A stretch of DNA of 59,973 nucleotides from Desulfobacterales bacterium S7086C20 (GTDB lineage: Bacteria; Desulfobacterota; Desulfobacteria; Desulfobacterales; C00003060), in contig MAVP01000002.1 in assembly GCA_001751075.1 (NCBI GenBank), positions 1 to 59,973 on the forward strand, written 5' to 3'. The position numbers and the translations under genes are program-made. Shown here piece by piece: positions 1-6,743 of this stretch; the first letter of the stretch is position 1, and every line of letters begins with the position of its first letter. The notes below the pieces were generated by a model. That model ran no database searches and was not told the origin of the DNA. It saw only the letters and a list, made by a program, of their open reading frames with translations.

Positions 1-1
1 G

Positions 2-1132
2 AATATATTAGATCTGATTTTGCGCAATGTTGATTGGGTTAAGAACAGTTCTGAGCTGTTCGACCTTGTTGTTAAGTTATGTACGGAAGTAACAGGCGCT
101 GACAAAAGTTATTTTCACATTCTGGATGAAACCATTGGGAGTCCCGTTCTTATTGCATCTTTTTCTAGAGATAAAAGTGGTCTGGATCCTAACAACCACT
201 TGGCCATGGAGGAGGTTCTTTTGAAAAGGATCTCAGCAGGTGCTCCGTTGCTTGTTAAGGATGGTTTTGATTTGAGGCCTTCGAATTTGTGTATACGCTC
301 CCTAATTGTTAATCCTATGAAAATTCGTGAAAAAGTCTTTGGAGCGCTTACTGTGGTTATGGTCGAGGAAGGGGCGAGGCCTTTTACTGAAAAGGATCTA
401 TATTACCTTAATTTTATAGCAAGGCGAGCTGGTTTTGTCGTAGAAAATATGGCGTTGTACGAAAATATATATGAAAATCTTTTTGCTACTCTCTATGCCT
501 TTGTTGAGGCTATTGAAGCGAAGGATCCCTATACCAAGCAGCATTCAAGCCGGGTAGCTGAGTTTGCTGTTCGAATAGGAAGACAAGTGGGTGTGTCCCA
601 GGAAGAACTTGATTTGCTGAATTTTTCCGGGCATTTGCATGATATAGGAAAGATTGGTATTCGCGATAGTATCTTGTTGAAATCCGGGCCTTTGACTGGT
701 GAAGAATACAGTGTCATAAAAGAGCACCCAATAATTGGGGCAAATATTATCGGTCACCTTGGACTTATGTCTGAGGAGCAGAGAATTATCCGTTATCACC
801 ATGAGCGATGGGATGGTAAAGGATATCCTGATGGGTTGAGTGGTGAAGAAATTCCGTTTCTTTCACGCATATTGGCGGTTGCCGATGTCTACGATGCCAT
901 GGCTTCTGACCGTGCCTACCGAAAAAGGATTCCTCAAGAGATGATTATCAAAACAATTCATCGAAATGCAGGGAAGCAGTTTGATGAAAAGATCGTAAAG
1001 GCTTTTCTGAAAGCCTATGAAACTGGTGAGATGTTCAACAAAGAGGATTTTGCCATGTTGTCGAGTCCAATACAACATCCCACAAGACTGGAATCAAGTA
1101 TGCTGGACAGATTTTGCCCCAACACGTACTAA
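2..1132 (+). CDS. GAF-domain / HD-GYP-type c-di-GMP phosphodiesterase, 5' end probably outside the window
   Basis: The ORF track gives 20..1132 (TTG), but the frame stays open to the window edge (..NILDLILRNVDW..). The C-terminal half has the HD motif 'GHLHDIGKIG' and the HD-GYP signature 'HHERWDGKGYPDGL'. The N-terminal half looks GAF-like. Confidence 0.85.
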   Translation, partial: NILDLILRNVDWVKNSSELFDLVVKLCTEVTGADKSYFHILDETIGSPVLIASFSRDKSGLDPNNHLAMEEVLLKRISAGAPLLVKDGFDLRPSNLCIRSLIVNPMKIREKVFGALTVVMVEEGARPFTEKDLYYLNFIARRAGFVVENMALYENIYENLFATLYAFVEAIEAKDPYTKQHSSRVAEFAVRIGRQVGVSQEELDLLNFSGHLHDIGKIGIRDSILLKSGPLTGEEYSVIKEHPIIGANIIGHLGLMSEEQRIIRYHHERWDGKGYPDGLSGEEIPFLSRILAVADVYDAMASDRAYRKRIPQEMIIKTIHRNAGKQFDEKIVKAFLKAYETGEMFNKEDFAMLSSPIQHPTRLESSMLDRFCPNTY

Positions 1133-1350
1133 GGGCTCGCTTAAAAAATAACTTTACATTTTTGCATTTCAGCTTCAGGCCGTCTTTGCCCGATCCTCAT
1201 TCGCAAAATCCTCGAAATAGCCTGTTATTCCTGATATGATTATGTAAGTTTGATGGTTTCGCAAAAAGTCTGATTTTGCTCTTTCCGTGCACGATTCTGG
1301 GATCCAGAAAACACCTGGCTAAATGTCAAAAACTCGGGCTAAAGCCCTCA
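1133..1350. repeat. Degenerate, longer copy of the family-1 TAA-flanked TIR element; right boundary uncertain
   Basis: It starts directly after the TAA stop at 1130-1132 with GGGCTCGC... The first ~100 nt align by eye to 10769-10870 (shared CAGCTTCAGGC..TCTTTG.CCGAT, TTCGCAAAATCC.CGAAATAGC, TATTCCTG). The right half has diverged and ends near AGCCC-TCA at 1343-1350. Confidence 0.55.
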
Positions 1351-1454
1351 AACAGTTTGACATTTTTAACGCCCAGTGATTTCTGAATCTTTTTCCAGAA
1401 TCGCGCAATGTCATTCGCAAAATGACTTTTTATGAAACCGTCAAGTTTGTTATA

Positions 1455-1470
1455 TGGTATAAGCATTGCA
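1455..1470 (+). promoter_or_regulatory. sigma54 (-24/-12) promoter candidate upstream of the PilZ gene
   Basis: TGGTAT-AAGCA-TTGCA has GG and GC at the canonical spacing and a TTGCA -12 box. It lies about 75 bp upstream of the ATG at 1543. Confidence 0.6.
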
Positions 1471-1542
1471 ATGAAACTGCTGGAAGGAGTTGACATGTAG
1501 TAAAAGCTCGTAAACGTCATGGATTAAGGGCGGGGAAAAGCC

Positions 1543-2130
1543 ATGGAGACTATTGATACAGATGAAAGACGGGACTGTGTGCGCGCAGCACTGTGTGTTG
1601 ACGTACAGTTTTCGCTATTGAATGCGGATGAATACAAGAACATGAGGGACGAGGGAGCCGTTGAGCGTGACCGGCGATGTCTTGTCCAGCCGGTGAAGCA
1701 GGTGTCATCAGGTGGAGAGGATAAATCTCAAATTGGTGGGATTGTTGATTCCAACCTGGTAGATTTTTTGATACACTTGGAAGACAAGTTGGATCATATG
1801 TTGAAGCTGTTGGCCAAGCACGAAGAAGGTGATGATTCCTTTTTTGTGGCAAAGGGCTTGGATATCGGCGGCAAAGGAATGAGGATATTGTGTGAAAAGC
1901 AAGTAGAGCCGGGCCAGCTTCTAGATACGAGGTTTAGGGCGTTTAGGTATCCTGTTGTTTCATTAAATATTGTTGGAGAAGTTATACGGGCGAAGCCGGT
2001 TCAGAGAGGGGCAAAAACATATAATGAAATTGCCCTGGAGTTTCTTGATCTGGACCAGGATTCTAAAGAATGGATTATTTCCTACGTATTTCAGATGCAA
2101 AGAGAGGCTATCAGGAGTGGGAAACGGTGA
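1543..2130 (+). CDS. PilZ-domain protein (putative c-di-GMP receptor), atypical motif spacing
   Basis: 'RRDCVR' (RxxxR) is at residues 9-14 and 'DIGGKG' (a D-x-S-x-x-G-like box with G for S) is at 107-112. A helical 'LVDFLIHLEDKLDHMLKLL' insert lies between them. The start has a plausible RBS. Confidence 0.65.
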   Translation: METIDTDERRDCVRAALCVDVQFSLLNADEYKNMRDEGAVERDRRCLVQPVKQVSSGGEDKSQIGGIVDSNLVDFLIHLEDKLDHMLKLLAKHEEGDDSFFVAKGLDIGGKGMRILCEKQVEPGQLLDTRFRAFRYPVVSLNIVGEVIRAKPVQRGAKTYNEIALEFLDLDQDSKEWIISYVFQMQREAIRSGKR

Positions 2131-2137
2131 GATAACT

Positions 2138-2953
2138 ATGGATAATCGTGATAAATGTTTGTCATTATCATCGATGCACCGCAGGTTATTGCGTGCATAT
2201 GCTGACCAGTTTTGCGCCGCTTTTTTTGTTCAGACTCTGGAAGGCTTTGTGCATAATCTCAACGGGCCCCTTCAAATCCTTTGGCTTCGTTCAGAGCAGG
2301 TCGAAAAAGAGATAGCCAAGTTGCAGACGCTGCCCAGGACTATTGGAGATGAATCTTTGGGTTTGGTAGATCGATTAGGGCAGCGAATCGACTCTTTTTT
2401 GAAGGCATTCGGCCAGTTGGATAAATCGTTAAATTTTCTTAAACAAGATGTCCTCAAAAGGCGCCGTTCTGAGGTTGGACGGGTAAGAATAAATGAAGTT
2501 GTAGAAGATGTAGTTTTCTTGCTCAAAGCAGACATGTTTTTTAAACATAATGTGCAGGTGAGTTTAGAGTTGGGTGAAAAACTCCCTGATGTTTCCGGTA
2601 GGTATAGTGATCTTTGCGTTATTGTATTGAGCGTAATCCAAAATGCTCTAGAATCCATGGTCGATTCTGATATTAGAGAGCTTGCCGTTGAAACTGTTGA
2701 AGAAAATGACAAAGTTTTAATAAAGGTTCAAGACAGTGGGTGTAGTATTAGTCAAGAAGACGCTTCGCGCATGTTTGAGCCCTTCTTTACTACAAAAAAG
2801 CAGATCGAATACAATGGTAAGCCCCAAGAACACAGGGGGCTTGGGCTTGTATTGGTATCAGTTCTCCTAGAGGATTGCCGGGGAGAAATCATGTATGAAA
2901 GCCTTTCAGGCAGGACGATGTTTACCGTACAGCTTCCTATTTATAGTGGATAG
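2138..2953 (+). CDS. Soluble histidine kinase (HisKA-like H-box plus HATPase_c), no transmembrane or sensor domain evident
   Basis: H-box 'FVHNLNGPLQ', N-box 'IQNALESM', 'VQDSGCSI' (DxGxG-like), 'FEPFFTTKK' and 'GLGLVLV'. I chose the ATG at 2138 because the ORF-track start at 1970 overlaps the PilZ gene in another frame. Confidence 0.8.
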   Translation: MDNRDKCLSLSSMHRRLLRAYADQFCAAFFVQTLEGFVHNLNGPLQILWLRSEQVEKEIAKLQTLPRTIGDESLGLVDRLGQRIDSFLKAFGQLDKSLNFLKQDVLKRRRSEVGRVRINEVVEDVVFLLKADMFFKHNVQVSLELGEKLPDVSGRYSDLCVIVLSVIQNALESMVDSDIRELAVETVEENDKVLIKVQDSGCSISQEDASRMFEPFFTTKKQIEYNGKPQEHRGLGLVLVSVLLEDCRGEIMYESLSGRTMFTVQLPIYSG

Positions 2954-3466
2954 GAACCCTTAGGTTTCGTCCTAATTTTTCAATCCCCCAATTTGCCATT
3001 TCCAGATTTATACCACGGGTGTCAAGCTTTCCGGCATGAGTATGTCAAAAAATAGCTATCAGGAAAAAATTGCCACCGTCAAACAGTTCACACCTTTTCA
3101 AACGGCCAAAATAACACGATTCTTGCTAGTGTCCATCCATAAATGGCATATTTTGGCCCAATACGGCGTTCTCCGCGGGTTTGCGCCTGTGGCTTATGAA
3201 AAGGTCATCCTCGACGCAGCGTTGCTGCGACTGCGGTGCTACTGTTCTCAAGCCGTAGGCGCTAACCCTTGTGCGGCCATGTCTTAGACCAAAATCTACC
3301 CTTTCTGGATGGACACTGATTCCCAATACTTCGCCGGAGTCTAGGAATTCGTGGATGGGCACTTGCTGGTGTAATCAGTTGGTGCGATTAATGCATAAAG
3401 AATATTGGTTGGTATCAGTCCTGACAACCCTGAATGGGATGACCTGAGCCTAACTTAATTCTTTAC

Positions 3467-3494
3467 TAATGCATTATAGCCATTTTGCCGATAG
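3467..3494 (+). promoter_or_regulatory. Weak sigma28 (FliA)-like promoter candidate
   Basis: TAAT-N16-GCCGATAG compared with the TAAA-N15-GCCGATAA consensus, about 45 bp upstream of the ATG at 3541. The -10 box is good; the -35 box and the spacing are imperfect. Confidence 0.3.
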
Positions 3495-3540
3495 CTAAGA
3501 GTAAGAGCAATTGAATATTTTAAATTTATAGGAGCACATC

Positions 3541-4131
3541 ATGGAAAAAACCCTATTTTCTACCCCGGAATTGGCTGAATGGCTTGGTGTCTTTCATACT
3601 ACTGTCAGGCGATGGATTGAGCATGGTAAGATTAAGGGCATTAGAGTAGGAAGGAACTACAAGATTCCTGCTGACGAAGTGATAAGGATATTGAATGGTT
3701 ACGGCATTTCTTTGCCTGAAGTTGTGAGTAAATACAGGTACAAACAAAAAAATGAGGCAAAGAATATCCCTCCTAGTGGTGGTTATCGTGGTTCTATATT
3801 GCAGAAGCTGCTAATTGTTGAAGAAATAGGAGATCCTGCGTTTGTCTGTCGTAAAGAATCTATCTTGGGTGCGAACGAGGCCTTTGCAGATCTGGTGGGC
3901 TTAAGTCAAGCAGATCTGATTGGTGTTGATATAGCGGAGATTCTTGTTGAAGGTTCTGGTGAGGGAATTATTGATTTTGCTCTCAGGCGAATTGAACAGC
4001 CTAACAGGGGTCCGGTTGATCATGTAGCTTTTTTGAAGACAGGAAAAAACGGGGGGGAGAATGTGAAGATTGCTGCTGGAACCCTGGACGATATGAAAGA
4101 TGTTTTCCTGGTAGTGGTAAAGGGGGCATAG
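3541..4131 (+). CDS. Excisionase/MerR-type HTH DNA-binding protein with a C-terminal PAS-like domain
   Basis: The N-terminus 'TPELAEWLGVFHTTVRRWIEHGKIKGIRVGRNYKIPADEV' is typical of the excisionase-family HTH. The C-terminal ~110 aa look PAS-like ('ANEAFADLVGLSQADLIG'). AGGAG RBS. Confidence 0.7.
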   Translation: MEKTLFSTPELAEWLGVFHTTVRRWIEHGKIKGIRVGRNYKIPADEVIRILNGYGISLPEVVSKYRYKQKNEAKNIPPSGGYRGSILQKLLIVEEIGDPAFVCRKESILGANEAFADLVGLSQADLIGVDIAEILVEGSGEGIIDFALRRIEQPNRGPVDHVAFLKTGKNGGENVKIAAGTLDDMKDVFLVVVKGA

Positions 4132-4185
4132 AACGCTCGTTTTTGAGCATGGGAGTTTTGTTGGCGGAAAAAGGAGGGATATTCG

Positions 4186-4629
4186 ATGGAGATTGATAAA
4201 ATAAGAGGGTATGTTGATTCAACGAGATTGGCTGAACAGAAGAATAGGGCCAAAGGAGGGGCTTTTGGACAGGTTTTGGACAAGACCATGGATATGATTC
4301 AGGCTCAGCAATGTTTGAAACTGAGCCCTTCCCAGGCAAATGAAGTCGTTTCAGTCGAAGGTTCTGAAGTTACCCGCGTCGACAGACAAGTATTGCGACG
4401 TGCTTCTAATGTAATTGACTTAATGGAAAAATACGCTCAGGCGCTTAATGATCCAAAAAAGACCCTAAAATCTATTGAACCAATAGTACTGCAGATGCAG
4501 GAACAACTCAGAGGTCTGAAGGTGGATTCTTCAACGCACGATGATGGATTTGAGAAGCTTGTTAATCAAATTTCTGTTACTGCCAGCGTTGAGGCCTTCA
4601 AATTCAATCGGGGAGACTATATCATATAA
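4186..4629 (+). CDS. Hypothetical 147-aa protein (possibly DUF327/YaaR-like; uncertain)
   Basis: A strong RBS (AAGGAGGG) lies 7 nt upstream of the ATG. The protein is hydrophilic and predicted helical, and I recognised no signature motif. Confidence 0.5.
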   Translation: MEIDKIRGYVDSTRLAEQKNRAKGGAFGQVLDKTMDMIQAQQCLKLSPSQANEVVSVEGSEVTRVDRQVLRRASNVIDLMEKYAQALNDPKKTLKSIEPIVLQMQEQLRGLKVDSSTHDDGFEKLVNQISVTASVEAFKFNRGDYII

Positions 4630-4808
4630 TTACGGCCCCAAAATGTAAGTTCTCAAAAAATTCGTGGTTATACGATTAATCATAAATATCCGGCCACAGC
4701 GAAGGTATGTGCCAACGAAGAAAGATATTGCCTTTCAAAAAACCCTCCATTATGCTTTCTGTCAATAATCCCTTGATTTATGATGAAAATGGACTTATAC
4801 GGTACTAA

Positions 4809-4965
4809 GGGCTCGTCAATCAATAACTGTCACATCTTGCTGGTCTTTTGGGCAGTCTTCTGTGTTACTCGGCTGGTTACATACCTCGGCATGCTCCTGC
4901 CCGAGCGCCTTGAATACAACCCAAAATCCTTCGCAACCTTGAGACACTTATTTCGTTATGAACCC
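4809..4965. mobile_element. 157-bp family-2 TAA-flanked TIR element (MITE-like), intergenic copy
   Basis: TAA(4806-4808)|GGGCTCGTCAAT...GTTATGAACCC|TAA(4966-4968). It is colinear and the same length as 48645-48801, with about 17 mismatches and no indels by hand alignment. It has an internal hairpin CTCGG-N12-CCGAG. Confidence 0.75.
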
Positions 4966-5069
4966 TAAAAAGTCTTTTTGGAAAACTGCTTTTGTGGTAA
5001 TAATGTAGGCCTTTGGATGTGGCTTTTGGAGCACATCATTGTATTACTAGGGGTGTGAATGAGGGCTTC

Positions 5070-6455
5070 ATGGAAAAGATATTAGTCGTAGATGATGATC
5101 CTGAGGTTTTAGATGTTATTTCCGATATACTCCGGCAGGCCGGATATGATGTAGATCAAGCGGGCGAGGGCAGAGAAGCGATTCAGCGCGTTGAGGATGA
5201 TTTCTATGATTTAGTCGTGACGGATCTGAATTTGCCGAAGGTCGATGGCATGAAGGTTTTACAATACGTAATCGATCAGTCTCCAGGCACGATGTGTGTA
5301 ATTATGACCGGTTATGGTACGATTAGAAGTTCAGTAGAGGCTATCAAGAAGGGGGCATTTGATTATATCAGCAAGCCTGTTAAATCAGATGAAATCTTGC
5401 TGGTAGTGGAAAAGGCCATAAAGTTCAGACAGCTTGAGAGGGAGAATGCTTTCCTAAAGCAACAGCTGCGCAAGAAATATCGCTTTGATAACTTTATCGG
5501 TGACAGCAAACCGATCCAGAAGGTCTTTGAGCTGATCGAGAGGGTGGCTGATACGGATAGCATGGTCCTTATCACCGGCGAAAGTGGTACAGGCAAGGAA
5601 CTCATCGCCAAGGCCATTCATTACAACAGTTACCGTCGGGACAACCCCATGATTGTTATCAATTGTGGGGCAATTCCTGAAGAACTCCTGGAAAGTGAAC
5701 TCTTTGGGCATGAGAAAGGGGCGTTCACAGGCGCCCATAAAATGAGGGTGGGTCGCTTTGAATTGGCCAACGGCGGGACCGTTTTTTTGGATGAGATTGG
5801 AGACATGAGTCCCAATTTGCAGGTCAAGTTATTAAGAATACTTCAGGAACAAAAATTTGAGCGGGTCGGTGGCACAAGAACTCTTGAGGTTGATGTCCGT
5901 ATCATCGCTGCTACCAACAAGAATTTAATTAATGCTGTTAATAGGGGAAAATTCAGGCAAGACCTTTACTATCGACTAAATGTCATTCCAATGAAAGTTC
6001 CCCCACTGCGAATGAGAAAATCAGATATTCCTTTGCTTGTTGATTTTTTTATAAAGAGATTTGATAAACAGAAAGGCAAACGCATTGTCGGATTCACCCA
6101 GGAAGCCGTAAATGCCCTGCTGGACTATACTTGGCCCGGTAATGTGAGGGAACTTGAAAACTTGGTTGAGCGGCTGGTTATCCTATCAGATGATGAGAAA
6201 ATCGGCCTTGAGGATATACCCGGCTCAATCAAAGGGAAGACAAGCAAGGTTGAGTCTATTGAGGTTAAGATCCCCATGGACGGGATTGTCTTTGAACAGG
6301 CTGTTGAAGAATATGAGAAGAAGTTGATCCTTCAAGCCTTGAGCGAGACAAATTGGGTAAAGACCAAGGCGGCGAGGTTGCTCAATATAAATCGAACTAC
6401 TCTTATCGAAAAGATGAAAAAGAAAAAGCTTCATAATTCTGCTATTGCCTCATGA
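5070..6455 (+). CDS. NtrC-family sigma54-dependent response regulator (REC-AAA+-Fis HTH)
   Basis: Receiver 'ILVVDDDPEV..VVTDLNLPKVDG', Walker A 'GESGTGKE', 'ESELFGHEKGAFTGA' (GAFTGA loop), and the C-terminal HTH 'KTKAARLLNINRTTLIEKMKK'. I prefer the ATG at 5070 to the TTG at 5013. Confidence 0.92.
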   Translation: MEKILVVDDDPEVLDVISDILRQAGYDVDQAGEGREAIQRVEDDFYDLVVTDLNLPKVDGMKVLQYVIDQSPGTMCVIMTGYGTIRSSVEAIKKGAFDYISKPVKSDEILLVVEKAIKFRQLERENAFLKQQLRKKYRFDNFIGDSKPIQKVFELIERVADTDSMVLITGESGTGKELIAKAIHYNSYRRDNPMIVINCGAIPEELLESELFGHEKGAFTGAHKMRVGRFELANGGTVFLDEIGDMSPNLQVKLLRILQEQKFERVGGTRTLEVDVRIIAATNKNLINAVNRGKFRQDLYYRLNVIPMKVPPLRMRKSDIPLLVDFFIKRFDKQKGKRIVGFTQEAVNALLDYTWPGNVRELENLVERLVILSDDEKIGLEDIPGSIKGKTSKVESIEVKIPMDGIVFEQAVEEYEKKLILQALSETNWVKTKAARLLNINRTTLIEKMKKKKLHNSAIAS

Positions 6456-6466
6456 TGGGGTCCTCC

Positions 6467-6524
6467 CGTCAAAAATCTGACAGCCAACCAAATTAAGATT
6501 CTTTTTGTCAAAAATCTGACAGCC
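6467..6524. promoter_or_regulatory. Two copies of an 18-bp direct repeat, each holding the dyad (C/T)GTCA-N6-TGACAG; candidate enhancer (UAS) for a sigma54 activator
   Basis: GTCAAAAATCTGACAGCC occurs at 6468-6485 and again at 6507-6524, identical, 39 bp apart, and 115-170 bp upstream of the -24/-12 element at 6640. Confidence 0.5.
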
Positions 6525-6639
6525 CGCATTAGTTCCAGGATTTCACTTTGGTGATGAACCTTCCTCCAGGATTATTAATTCCCTGATAATACAATCGGAT
6601 AAATAAGGAAATATACACAATCAGGTGGGTTTAAGGCTT

Positions 6640-6655
6640 TGGCATGTTAATTGCT
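6640..6655 (+). promoter_or_regulatory. sigma54 (-24/-12) promoter candidate upstream of the AMIN/TPR gene
   Basis: TGGCAT-GTTAA-TTGCT, about 90 bp upstream of the ATG at 6744. Confidence 0.65.
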
Positions 6656-6743
6656 CAATCTATTGATCCTGCGGCAACCATGGTAGTTTGCCGGTGCATT
6701 CAGGGGGACATCTGTAGCAAAACAAAATCTTCATCAAACAAGA

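Noticed and set aside
1970-2137. The upstream extension of the histidine-kinase ORF (ORF-track start at 1970)
   Set aside because: This part overlaps the PilZ gene's 3' end in another frame and translates to non-domain sequence. The ATG at 2138, 8 nt after the PilZ stop, gives a sensible N-terminus.
3036-3362. ORFs 3036..3287 (+) and 3126..3362 (-) as protein-coding genes
   Set aside because: They overlap each other, have no Shine-Dalgarno sequence (the minus ORF starts with GTG), and have no recognisable motifs. The region is reported instead as an inverted-repeat-bounded non-coding element or possible remnant.
5026-5045. A possible sigma54 site, TGGAGCACATCATTGT, upstream of the first EBP gene
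   Set aside because: The -12 position reads TG/GT rather than GC at the canonical spacing, so it does not meet the standard applied to the six reported promoters.
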